Shown piece after piece: positions 50,401 through 62,312 of a DNA stretch of 64,000 bases (positions are counted from its first letter, which is position 1; every line of letters starts with the position of its first letter). The notes below the pieces were generated by a model, which saw only the letters and a list, made by a program, of their open reading frames with translations, had not been told where the DNA came from and made no database searches. The position numbers and the translations under genes are program-made. The stretch is from Lama guanicoe (taxonomy: Eukaryota), in contig MU053881.1 of NCBI GenBank assembly GCA_013239625.1, positions 7,523,957 to 7,587,956 on the forward strand, given 5' to 3'.

Positions 50401-52363
50401 TTTTAAAAACACTCTTATAAATAACCGATGAGGCAAAGAAAAAGCTGAAAGGAGAAATTAGAAAGTATTTTGAACTGAATGAAAATGAAAATAGCATATC
50501 AGCATTTGTGGAATGCTGCTAGAGTATTTAGGAGAAATATTACAGCAACAGATGACTGTTTTAGAAAAGAAAAAAGTCTCACATCAATGCATTCAGCTTC
50601 TTCCATGAGAAATTTGGAAAAGAAGAGCAAGCTAAAACCAAACTNNNNNNNNNNNNNNNNNNNNNNNNNNNNNNNNNNNNNNNNNNNNNNNNNNNNNNNN
50701 NNNNNNNNNNNNNNNNNNNNNNNNNNNNNNNNNNNNNNNNNNNNNNNNNNNNNNNNNNNNNNNNNNNNNNNNNNNNNNNNNNNNNNNNNNNNNNNNNNNN
50801 NNNNNNNNNNAAGCTGGTTCTTTGAGGTCATTAAAGTTGATCAACTGTAGCCAAACTACTAATGAAAAAAGAGAGAACAAACACATTACCAATATCAGAA
50901 ACCACTGGGGTACTATGATTACAAATTCTACAGATATTAAAAGACTAGTAAGGGGGATATGAACAACTTTATGCCTGTAAATTGAACAAGTTAAATACAT
51001 TGGACAAATCTTCTTGAAAGATACAAACTACCAAAGCTCATTCAAGAAGAAATAGATAACCTGCATAGCTTAAGTCTATTTAAGAAATTGAGTTTTTGAT
51101 TAAAAATATTTCCACAAAGAACCTATCCAGACCCAGATTGCTTCAATGGTGAATTCCACCTAACATTTACGGAACAAATAATGCCAATTCTACATAAACT
51201 CTTCTAAGAAAATGAAGAGGAGGAAATACTTTCCTACTCATTCTTTGGTGTCAGTATCACCCTGATCCAAAAATAAGGCAAAGGCATTATAAGAAAAGAA
51301 AACTACTGCTTGATAAATTTGACTTCATCAACATTAAAAAAACTGCTTTTTGAAAGACACTGCTAAGAGAATTAAAAGATAGTGCACAAACTGGTAGAAA
51401 CTATTTGCAAAGCATGTATTTGATAAACCACTTGTATTCAGAATACATAAAAGGTTCTCATAATTCAATTATAAGAAAGTCAACTCAATTAAAAAATGGG
51501 TAAATATTTGAAATGACATTTCATCAAAGAAGATATTTAAATGGTAAGTAAGCACATGAAAAAATGTTCAATATTGTTAGTCATTGAAGAAATGCAAATT
51601 AAACCCATAATTATGTACCACTAAATCCTTACTGGGATGACTAAAATTAATCAGTAAACCTACCAAGTGTTGGTGAGGATGTGGAGGAACTGGAACTCTC
51701 ACAAACTCCTGTTGGTTATGTGAAATAGTAGTTACTTCAGGAAAACATTTTGGTATGTTAAAATATTAAACATGCACTCAGCATATTATCCCATCTTTCT
51801 ATTACTAGGTTTTTACCCAAGGGAAAAGAAAGTATGTGTCCATATAAGGTTTTACACATGAATGTTCATAGCAGCTTCATTTGTAATAGCTCAAAACTGG
51901 AAATAACCCAAAAGTTCATCAGCAGGCAAATGGATAAACAAATTGTTATATATACATGCAATGGAAGACTACTTAGCAATAAACGGGAGTAAACTGCTGA
52001 TGCCAGCAACAATGTGGATAGATTTCAGAATAATTATGCTGAGCAAAAGAAGCCAAACCAAAACTAAAGTAGCTTGTATGCTTCCATTTATATAAAATTC
52101 CTGAAATTGCAAACTTACCTATAGTGATAGAAAGCAGATCAGTGTTTGCTGGTAGGGGGTCAGGAGGGCAAGAAGACGGGATTACAGTGGAGCATGAGGA
52201 AATATTTGGGGGTGATGGATATGCTTACTCTTTTGATTGTGGAATTTTCAATTTTGAAGTGGGTGAATCATACATCAAAACTTAACCGAATTATAAATGT
52301 TAATTTTATTAATTATGTTTAGTTGTACATCAGTGAAACCCCAATAAGGCAGTTTTTTAAAAA
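47430..52363 (+). mobile_element. Long decayed LINE-1 (L1MC/MD-like): 5' UTR, ORF1 remnant, ORF2 endonuclease, internal deletion, ORF2 C-terminus and 3' UTR
   Basis: ORF 50149..50397 (HITFIKIGHIIGHKTSFSKFKRIQVIQSMFSDHSEIKLEI) matches the end of the endonuclease domain. YQHLWNAA and SWFFE follow; PDCFNGEF at ~51130; 3' end at ~52.2-52.36 kb. Many stops and frameshifts. Confidence 0.93.
49884..50019 (+). mobile_element. tRNA-Ala(AGC)-derived SINE, camelid Vic-1 type
   Basis: A box (agagcttagtggtagagc), anticodon loop cttagcat, B box ggttcaatcc, tail aaataaataa...cctaattacctccccc plus poly(A). Perfect 15-bp TSD taaaatacatgaaga (49869-49883 / 50020-50034). Confidence 0.93.
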
Positions 52364-53811
52364 TCCTATAATCATCTTCTGTATTGCCATAGATGAAATT
52401 CATGTCCCAAGTATAATGTGGAGTGAAGACTCCTTTAAAGGGCATTGCATTTCTACATGCCTGTTGTCTCACAACCGTCATAAACCAAAACAACCCAAGT
52501 CACCTTTACCCTAATGTCTGAAATAGCTTCAAGAGGTAACAAGGCCAACATACGAACTTACATGAGGCTTAAAGTATCCAGGGATAATTTGTGATCTCCA
52601 GCAGACCTGATACATGGCGTGTGCCTCCTTTCTGTGTGTAGTAGAAGTAACATGAGTATGAAATAGCGAGCAAGTGGGAACACCTCAAAGAGAGTCCCAT
52701 GTTTGCCATTAACTAGCTTTAATGGCATTAACTTCAGGCAACTCACTTGCCCTCTCTGTCCCTTTATTCAGCTTTAAAATAAAGTTGGATTAGGTGGTCT
52801 CTAGGGCTCTTTCAGGCTCCAAGATTGGATTTTTAACATGCCCTACCATTATACAGAGGTTGTTTTTTTTTAATACTGTTTCCAACATATGGAGGACTCA
52901 TTTCACCAGATATCCTTTGATAACATGATTCAAAATTTAGGTGGATTTACTCCTTACTGTAGCATTGTGGTGCACATTAGAATGCAGAGGGCTCTGGGGT
53001 GTCCTGCAAAAAAAAAAAAAGAATTTAATTTTGTTTTTGCTCTGTCCAAATTTTGCTCTCAGAGTCATATGTTTCACTGAATACCTAATAAATATCTCAT
53101 AATTTGGAAAATGTTGATGTCACAGATTGTTGTAGAGATCAAGAATTAATGGGAGGAAGGATGCCCCTGGAGAACTGGTGTACAGACCCTCTGAGGCCAG
53201 GAAATGGAGAAGTTGAAAGGGATGTGCGTGAGGGTGACTGAGGATATAGAAAGTGACAGCTGGAGGGTGATGAAATGAGTAGAAATTTTGCAGTGGGCTG
53301 TGAGGGGAGGAGGGGCAAGTGACTTCCTTTGGGATGTATATTCTAACACCCTCAGAGTTGCCTTTGTTCTCTCCTTACCCTCCCCAGCTCCATGCAGAAC
53401 CACTGCAAAGTAGGTTTCTGCACATCTACCCATCTGCAGATTCTACTTGGCTTTGCATCTCTCTAACTGGACTGTGAGCAGTTGGGAGTCTTTCTATTGC
53501 CTTGGCTCAGTGTACAGAAGAAAGAGGTTTGGTAGGGACGATTCAGAAGGCGCAGAGTTCCCCAAGGCTGGACCTCTCCATCCAGGGCCCAGTACTTCTG
53601 ATATTGGAGGGAGTTCAGGTCACACACAACCCTACAACTGATCATCTTCACAAACAAATCCAGCTTTGTTGCTTTTTCTGTACATAGATTTACAAATGCT
53701 TTAAAGGATAAGACCCTACAGAAAAATTTTGGGGGAAAAAGTAAACAGAACTGACTTTTACTGCCTGTGATAACCACTGTCATTTTGATGACCATTTACC
53801 ATTTGTCATTT

Positions 53812-53812
53812 C

Positions 53813-53857
<45 letters not shown>
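53812..53857. repeat. Compound (TA)n(TG)n microsatellite
   Basis: Read directly from the sequence. Confidence 0.95.
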
Positions 53858-53859
<2 letters not shown>

Positions 53860-53890
53860 CCAGAACAGTTGTATAAATGGGATCATAATT

Positions 53891-54205
53891 TGTGGTAGGC
53901 AGACCCTCAAAGGTGTCCATACTCCTAGTCCCCAGAACCTACGAATATACATTACATGGCAAAGGGGAATAAAGATAGCAGAATTAAGTTTGCTGATCAA
54001 CTGACCTTAAAATGGGGAGATTACCCCAGTTACTACCAAATATAGTCACAAGGGTCCTTCAACGTGGAAATCGGGGGCAGAAGAGTCAGTGTCAAAGCGG
54101 TGTAATTTGAGAAGAACTCTCCTGGGTCATTGCTGGCTTTGCAAATAGAGAATGGGTCTACCAGCCAAAGACCCTAGAAACTGGTGGCCCCTAGAAACTG
54201 GAAAA
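53891..54205 (+). mobile_element. MLT1D-type MaLR LTR, 3'-truncated
   Basis: tgtggtaggcaga...ttacatggcaaagggga...ctgaccttaaaatggggagatta...cattgctggctttg...ctagaaactggaaaa. Confidence 0.85.
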
Positions 54206-54479
54206 GCATATAAAACTAACAGATGCTATAAATACTGTTATGAAGAAGAATACTTCCCCAAATCTTTCACCATCCTTTCCTTGTCTCTACTTCCCCACGT
54301 TATGTAAACAATTTTAATGGCCTGATACGTACCTTTTTATGCATTTTCATGCTTATTGTCTTACACACATGTACAGATGATTTTGAAATCGTTTTAGAAA
54401 AATGGAACCTCAATTCCCATTTGCATCACACTTGAACTTTTCAGATGGTTTTTACAATTATATATGGCTGTAGGTGTCA

Positions 54480-54758
54480 CAATTGGGACAGAAGTCAGCC
54501 TGCCTTACAAGGATTTTCTTGGTTGTCTGAATGGAGCCCAGGGATGAAGCTGACACCACAGAGGGTAGAGAGGAGACATGCAGAGGTCTGAGCTGTTGGG
54601 GAGAGTGTTTGAGCTCTTGGATCGAGCATTGCTATCTGTATGAGAGCCACTTCTGGACTTTTCAGCTGCTTGGGTCAATAAATTCCCTTTATATTTAAGC
54701 CATTTTTAACAGAAATTTTTTTTGGTAACTTAGCAACATGTTGTCCTAAATGAGATAT
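54480..54758 (+). mobile_element. MLT1J-like LTR 3' part
   Basis: ctggacttttcag...caataaattccctttatatttaagcca...acttagcaac...tcctaaatga. Confidence 0.65.
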
Positions 54759-54867
54759 AAACTCTGGAAGTCTGTTAATCTTTGGCTACCATAATGTTAC
54801 AAGGTTTGGGAGGATAGCTGGCTTATCAGCTTCTCGCTGATCCTACCACCTTTCAAACCCTGGCCAC

Positions 54868-55280
54868 TATTTTAGTCAAAAGACAGAAACCCAGTGAAAC
54901 AGACTGGCACATACAGAAAACAAACAAACAAACAAACAAGAAAACGGTTTATTAGCTCACGAAACCCGGAAGTAGAGAACCAGGAAACACTGCAAGAGCT
55001 GCCCTCGCAGCTTAATTATCTTTCCATCTCCTCTGACCAGCTCTTTTCAGTGGACTGGAACTATGACTCCAGGCAGAGCTCAGCTCATGTCCTCAAAGGA
55101 TCGCAACCGAGTAAGAGGAATCACTTCTCTATCCCAGATTTGGTTTAGAAAATCCAGGGAAAGGATTTTGACTGACTGGCTCAGGTCATGTGCTCAGCTT
55201 TTGAACTAACCTCTGTGCGCAGGTGATGAGAAGCTATGACTGGCTGAGCCTGGTCACCGGTCCACCTCCATGGCCACAGC
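54868..55280 (-). mobile_element. MLT1K/L-like LTR
   Basis: gacagaaaccca...aaacagactggc...tttattagctcac...tgactggctcaggtcatgtgctca...tgactggctgagcctggtcac. Confidence 0.65.
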
Positions 55281-55943
55281 ACAGACATTTCCGCAGGATT
55301 ATCATGAATATATTGTAGGCAAAACTGACAGGCAATAGAGGATACTGAATCCAAGGGGAAAAAATCAGAGAGCTCTCAGACTTTTTGGTCTTTCCCTCTT
55401 TGGTTTCTAGCATTTCTTGCTAAAATACGAGCAAAATTTAGTACAAAGGGAGATGCTTAAGATGTAACATTAAGTGAGAAAAAAAAACCCACCAAGATGC
55501 AGATTAGTAACATGAAATGCTTAATATGTCTCACACATTTAACTTTTAAGGTAGGTTGAGGCCAGAGACTAAAATTGAAGATCCTTTTTGCCCCATGGTA
55601 TTCTCCCTGATAGGCTGGTAATTTTCAGAGGTTGCAGGCCCACTTCCAGGCAGGAATGCCCTACAGATGCTCCTGTTCCTAGAGTTCTCCTGGGACAGTG
55701 GTTCTGGCTGTTGTCTTTTCTGTCCCTTCCTGCTGGACGAGTGCTAGTCCTCCCCCTGGCATAAGACTGGATGGCATTTTGAGTCAAGCTGTCTCTTGGA
55801 AGCTGAAACTATTACAAGAGGCTGGATTGGGATGGTGGGAAAACTGATATTTAGCTGAGTGGGAAGGTGCAGAACAGCTTGCCAGTTGCTGAGTAGAATG
55901 TTTGCAAAGTATGTGTAAGAGAAATAAAAGAAAAATTGTGAAA

Positions 55944-55947
<4 letters not shown>

Positions 55948-55976
<29 letters not shown>
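55948..55976. repeat. (TG)n microsatellite
   Basis: Read directly; other (TG)n or (CA)n runs lie at ~20996-21015 and 33796-33820. Confidence 0.95.
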
Positions 55977-55979
<3 letters not shown>

Positions 55980-56424
55980 CCTGGGTGTGCCCCTGTAACA
56001 CTCAGTTTATTTATTAGAAATACTTTGTTCTTTAACAACCAGATTCTTCTGTCTTCTGAATATGTCTAGAACCCATACTATCTTCCTTGAGATAATTCTC
56101 GTACCCAAGCCTAGGGAAGAGGCTAAAGGCCTGGGGGCTCCAAACCCTCCCCAAATGGTGTGGGACCCCATGTGCACTAGGAGGTGGAGTGCATGGCCTC
56201 TTCCTCTCTGAGGCTTCCATCAGGCCATTTAAAACCTGTTGATTCTTACATTACCTATGTGTCCAAGAAGGGTTCATTGCCTATTCCCTAATTATGCTTC
56301 TTATGTGGGTAATTTAAGCTGTTTTGTGAGTTAGTTCTAGTAACTTGCTCATCCCACATTCACTTCAGCTACCAGCCCTAATAATGAGGAAACAGACACT
56401 GTTTATTGAGCTTCTATTGTGTGC

Positions 56425-56790
56425 ATTGACTGTGGAGTCAGACACCTTGACTTCAAATATTGGCCGTTCCAGCTACTAAGTTGGATGTGTCTTTTAAATA
56501 CTTTGGTTCTTCAGATTTCTCACCTGGAGAATGAGGCCACTTTGTGTAGTACCCAGTCTCATAGAGATGTTTGGAGCAGTTGGTGAGATAACAGAAAGAG
56601 TGTAGAATAGCGCCTAGCATGCAGTAAACATGTAACAAGTGTTAGCTATTGATATTAACCCTCATAACCTTCTTGAGAAGGGGGTATATCATCTGCATCT
56701 TAGAAATGAGGAAACTGAGTTTCAGGGAACAAATTAGTAACTGGCTCTTGATCACACAGATTCTGAGGAATAGAGCCAGAACTCACACTC
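56425..56790. mobile_element. Two tail-to-tail MIR fragments (+ 56425-56650; - 56655-56790)
   Basis: gtggagtcagac...cctagcatgcagtaaac...gttagctatt, then aaatgaggaaactgag...tcacacag...agagccaga. Confidence 0.7.
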
Positions 56791-58659
56791 TTCCCTCAGT
56801 GCTCAACAAGCACCTCCTTACAAAGTTCATGAGCATTTGGGAAGGCAAATTCCTCCTGTAAGACTGACTAAATTATGTAATGCCTCAGAACCTGTTTTCT
56901 CATTATGCATGTGACCTTGTCAATTGCTGAATGTCATTGGGATCCCATTTCCTCATTTTAAAATGTAGGCAGTTGTGTGTCCCCTGATGTCCTTACATGG
57001 TTATTGTTAATTAAGGACACACGAAAGATGAGGGAAGAATAAAATCAAGATGAGTAACATGCTTGTAAAAACCCAGGGGTTCTTCGTGATTTCAGACTCA
57101 ACTTGATCACTCTTCTTGGGTACTTCTAAGAGTCTCTGCTGGTTACTAACAAGGCATCATGGACTTGGCATCTACATGCCACGGTTCAGAACTTAGCTCC
57201 AGGGCCTTAGCAAGTCACGCCTCTTCTCTGGACTTAAATTTCCTTCTCTGTGAAACGAGAATCATTACCCTTGCCCTGCCTGCCAAGAGATTTGTCGTGA
57301 AGATCAGGTAAGATCAGGGATGCAAAAGTTTTACCAGCTGTGTGATATCATTGTAAACTGTCCAGCTCCCGGAACAGGGAGTTGTCCTATATATTTCTGT
57401 TACGTGAACTAGAAGGTCTCTGGTTTTTCTTCTTACGTGAGAAATTTATAGACCCTGCCCCATTCCCTGCTCTCTTGTTTCTCCATCCCTCCCATCGCGA
57501 GCTTCAAGATGGCACACCATCCCTCTAGCTTTGTCTTGAGTGGGTGACCAAAGACAAATTGACTGGTGACATCCAGACTTGCCGGGGTGGCTGATGTTCT
57601 CAGACCCTTGTATGCTCAGCCAGGGATGGTAAGAGGTGAACAAAGCTAGGAAGGCTTGGGATAATGACAGCCTGATTCCAAGGCTGCCAAGTAGGGATTT
57701 CTATCCAGAAATGATAGTCAAAATATTCAGCAACCTGTAGGCAGGAGGATGGGTCGGTCAGTGCCACCTTGGTAATGGAGCAAGTCCCAGGAGCCCTGTG
57801 CAGTATAAGGCGATACCCTTTGATTGCTGGGTGGAATGGAGATCTTGCTCATAGGAGGTGTGATGGTGGAGCACTCAGGAGTCTAGGGGCACTGGATATT
57901 AACTGACCAATTTGCAAATCTTTCAATATTTTCAGTGTAGTGTAACTATTTCAGTACTGCCTTAGCTGAGACTACCAGATGAGTACCAAATCTGATACTT
58001 CTTTCCAAAGTATAACAAACATGAGCCTTACCTCAAGCATCTCTAAGGAACTGGAAGAGGCTGGAACTGCTTCCATTCTCTTCCTCCTCCTTCATTTTTC
58101 CCCCCTCCCCCCGACTCTTTATCCTAATTCCTCCACCTCTCCCTCCTCTCGTCTTCATAGCTACTTTTAACACAGTATGAAAGAAAAACCCAAACATCTG
58201 GAAAAAGAAAGATGGATGCATTCCTGCACATTTGGAGCACTGGCCAGATTTTGGCCCTCTTCCCTTCTAAGTCATTATATTGAACCAATTTAATTCTCTC
58301 TTTAGCCTTTTAAAAAAAATTCAGCCACAGGGTTAAGTAAACAATTGATTTAAACAGGAACAAGACCTCTCCTTTCCTTCCTCAGCCTTCCTCTTAGGGC
58401 AAGACTTGAAGGTTTTCTTTCTAGAAAGGGATTTGTAGCTGCCACAAAGAATGATGAAGGACCAAAGATGATTAATTAGGTCTGGTGTCCAGGCCAGGAT
58501 GCAATAAAAAACATCCATGGAAAAAAAATCAAACACATTTAAATAAAAAAGTTGAATTTAAAACTGTTTTTTGTGACACAAGCTGTTTGTCGTTGTTATT
58601 CCCAAGATGAGAATACCTGATTTGAGATGTAAAAGGCCACCTAAAGAAATTCCAGGGGG

Positions 58660-58872
58660 TGTGGCACCTGGACCAGTCTGTCTGAATCCCTGCTCTACCA
58701 CTTACTAGCTGTGTGAACTTGGTAAATGACTTACTCTCTGTTCCTTTGTTTTCTTATGTGTAAAGTGTGAAAGAGGAGATAGTTCCTGTCTCTGAGCTGA
58801 AGATTAACTGAGACCATTCACTACCATGCTTAGAGCATTGGATTGACATGTAGTAACTGCTCAGTAAATGTT
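58660..58872 (+). mobile_element. MIR SINE
   Basis: tgaatccctgctctaccacttactagctgtgtgaacttgg...tgctcagtaaatgtt. Confidence 0.9.
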
Positions 58873-59172
58873 TGTATTAGTTAAGGTTCTTTAGGGAAAC
58901 AGAACAAAACAGAATGAAACAAAAAGAGATGTAAATATTTCTTTCTGTATGTTTAGAGAGACAGAGACACAGACAGAGAGACAGACAGAGACAGAGACAC
59001 AGAAACACAGGGGGATATTATGGAGGCTGAGAAGCCCCATGATCTGCCATCTGCATGATGAAGACCCAGAAAACCAATGCTGATATTCCAGCCTGAGTCT
59101 GAAGCCCTAACAATCAGGGGAGCCAATAAATTCCAGTTTAAGGACCGGAGAAGACTAATGTCGCAGCTCAAT
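58873..59172 (-). mobile_element. MLT2-type ERVL LTR fragment with an internal (GA/GACA)n tract
   Basis: tgtattagttaaggttct...gaaacagaac...attatggaggctgagaag..ccatgatctgccatctgca...gagtctgaag. Confidence 0.85.
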
Positions 59173-59342
59173 TGCTCGGTGTCTCTTCCACTTCATTGTG
59201 TTCATTAAATCACAAAGTCTTGCCCAGTTTCAAGGGGAGGGAAAATAGATTCCACTTCTTGATAGAGAGTGACAGGGTTCTGGAAGAGCATGTGGGACCT
59301 GAGATGTTGCTGTAGCCATTTTTGGAAATCATGGCCTTCCGT
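59173..59342 (-). mobile_element. MLT1F/G-type MaLR LTR 5' part
   Basis: cccagtttcaaggggaggga..atagattccacttcttgat...gaagagcatgtggga...gccatttttggaaa. Confidence 0.8.
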
Positions 59343-60054
59343 GGTTTATAAGCTCTGAAGTTTCTGGAATGGGAGAAATCATCATATACTTGCAACTTCT
59401 AGATTAACTGCTAATTTTAGTGGTTCTGGGGCCTTTGGGTTGATGGTTTGAATGTGGCCCTGTTCTTTTAGGGTTTCTCCCAATTGTTTTTCTCTGACAA
59501 GTAAGTGAAGACCTACAGCAGAGAATCTTTTCTTATGTTGCTGTCTTGCTCCAGGCTACAAACCTTCCACAATAAATTCTGCCCTTAAGAGTTAAAAGAT
59601 TCAACTGAGCACACCGTCTGCCTTTTTGGTTAAAGTGTATTGACCACTGCCCTTCCCCCGGCTCCGCCAATGTTTGGATACCAAGGTCCTGCCAAGTTGA
59701 TAACATGGACCAGCATATTTCCTCAGGACCACTTACAGGGAAGGGGCTCAGACTGGGGACCTAAATTAATATCCCAAGTTAGAAAAGCAGTCAGCCTTCT
59801 TGCAGGAGAGCTGCTTATTAAGGAACATTCATCTCTCCCCATTTACACGCTCAGGTCTCTACCCAGAAACTTTCCACATAAATATTTTAACTTGGTGATG
59901 GTGATGACATGTTCTGGTTTTCTCTGCCACAAGAGTAAAGGATTCTGTCATAGGGGCCAGTTAATGTATTTTTACTGTCTTTGGTACTCAAGCTACTAAA
60001 GATTGGGAACTAGGATTAATTTGTAGTGAACCTGAATGAGATATTTCACTCTTT

Positions 60055-61130
60055 TTTTGTATATATATTTTTATTGAAGTATAGTCAGTTTATAATGTTG
60101 TGTCAGTTTCTGGTGTACAGCATAATGCTTCAGTCATATAGGAACATACATATATTTGTTTTCATATTCGTTTTCACCATAAGTTACTAAAAGGTATTGA
60201 ATATAGTTCCTTGTGCTATACAGTATAAACTTGTTGTTGATCTATTTTGTATATATTAGTTAGTATCTGCAAATCTCAAACTCCCAATTTATCCCTTGCC
60301 ACCCACTTCCACCCCTGGTAACCATAAGTCTGTTTTCTATGTCTGTGAGTCTGTTTCTGTTTTATAAATAAGTTCTTTTGTCATCTTTTTTTTTTTAGAT
60401 TCCACATGTAAGTAATATCATATGGTATTTTTCTTTATCTTTCTGACTTAGTTCACTTAGAATGATTCTCCAGGGCCATCCATGTTGCTACTAATGGNNN
60501 NNNNNNNNNNNNNNNNNNNNNNNNNNNNNNNNNNNNNNNNNNNNNNNNNNNNNNNNNNNNNNNNNNNNNNNNNNNNNNNNNNNNNNNNNNNNNNNNNNNN
60601 NNNNNNNNNNNNNNNNNNNNNNNNNNNNNNNNNNNNNNNNNNNNNNNNNNNNNNNNNNNNNNNNNTCCCTCTGGATATATGCCCAGGGGTGGGATTGCTG
60701 GATCATATGGTAAGTCTATTTTTAGTCTTTTGAGGAATCTCCATACTGTTTCCCATAATGGCTGCACTAAGCTACATTGCCACCATCAGTGTAGGAGGGT
60801 TCCCTTTTCTCCACACCCTCTCCAGCATTTATCATTTGTGGACTTTTNNNNNNNNNNNNNNNNNNNNNNNNNNNNNNNNNNNNNNNNNNNNNNNNNNNNN
60901 NNNNNNNNNNNNNNNNNNNNNNNNNNNNNNNNNNNNNNNNNNNNNNNNNNNNNNNNNNNNNNNNNNNNNNNNNNNNNNNNNNNNNNNNNNNNGTTTTTGT
61001 TGGATGTTGTTTCTTATTAAGTTGTATGAGCAGTTTATATATTTTGGCAGTTAAGCCCTTGTCAGTCTCATCTTTTGCAAATATTTTCTCCCATTCCGTA
61101 GGTTGTCTTTTTGTTTTGCTTATGGTTTCC
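60055..61130 (-). mobile_element. Young 5'-truncated LINE-1 (lineage-specific)
   Basis: Minus [35 protein letters not shown] is a near-intact ORF2 C-terminus. TSD tcactcttt (60046-60054 / 61131-61139) at a T-rich site. Confidence 0.95.
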
Positions 61131-61199
61131 TCACTCTTTATTTTTTGTTCTTAAATCAGCTTCTTCTGGTTTCACTCCATCTGCAGAGAAGTCAAGAAA

Positions 61200-61620
61200 T
61201 TTTAATGTAGTCATGACTGTGGTAGTGGTGGCAGATCATGGGGATGAGCTGGGATGCTGATGATGCTCTCCCCTTCTCAGGGTTGTACATCTTGTCTAGA
61301 ATATTGGGGTATGGCTTCCCATCCTTAATCCATTGTTTTTTGCCGTTGTATACTCACTGTTCAGGCTGAAGGATCAACTGCTATCCAAGAGAAGCTCCTC
61401 CCAGGGGTCAAGAGCAAGAGTACAATAGGCTGAGCTCAATCCCGAAAGGCCTGTCAGAGCTATGCAGTGTCACTTTCACTGCATTCTTCTTTTCAAGCAA
61501 TTCTCATTGCCAAGCCCAAATTCAAGGGCAGGGATGTACATTCCTTCCACAGTGAGGTGTGACATGGGTGTGGATGTAGAAAGGGGTGAATAACAGAGGC
61601 CAAGAATTCTGTCGATCACA
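61200..61620 (-). mobile_element. MLT1H/I-like MaLR LTR
   Basis: gtcactttcactgcattc...gccaagcccaaattcaaggg...gggtgtggatg...aggggtgaa...tcaca. Confidence 0.65.
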
Positions 61621-61621
61621 G

Positions 61622-62312
61622 TTCCCCTTTTTTTTCCTCTCTGTAATTTATTTGTTGAAGAAACCAAATAATTTGTGGCATTTCCCACATCCTGGATTTT
61701 TCTGATGGCATACTCATTGTAGCATTTGACATGTTTCTCTATTCTTTGCATTTCCTTAAATTGGTAGTTAGATCTAGAGACTTGATCTGATGTGCTTTTT
61801 ACAAGTATCCTTTGTACTTAGAGATGTGTACTTTTATCAGGAGAAGTATAACATCTCTTTGTCTCTCTTTTTGTGTTGTTAGTGGCCATCATTGACCTTT
61901 GGCTGGATCCATTATTTAGTTAGGGATTTGCAAAAGGATAATGTCATTTCCTTTAGTACTGGGGATTCTCTAAAGATAAATTTTCCATCATTAACAGTTC
62001 ATTATCTGAGGTACAGGTCCTGTAGGGAATCAGGCTCACTGCTTGGGTCTTTCCTTTATTTACCAGTTTCCAGAGTATATTGTGTTGTTTCCCCAGCAAG
62101 CTCCAAAGATGACCCTGAGTATTGTTTTCAGTATGTTACAAACTCATGGATTTTAATATATTTGAAATGTCTTAAGTCCTTGGCATGGTATTATTCATTT
62201 CAGTCTTCAAATTGCCCCGCTTTAGTCAGTGGAAGCTTCCTCATAGTCTTTGACAGTGTCCTTGCTTTCAGGTGTGATAAAGACATTCCAGAGTCATCTT
62301 GAACATTTTCTG
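61622..62312 (-). mobile_element. L1MC4/5-type 3' UTR fragment
   Basis: tttgttgaagaaacca...cccacatcctggattt...aaattggtagttagatctagagacttgat...aactcatggattttaa. Confidence 0.8.

Noticed and set aside
50149-50850. ORFs with endonuclease-like peptide
   Set aside because: These are fragmented L1 ORF2 with stops and frameshifts, not a functional CDS.
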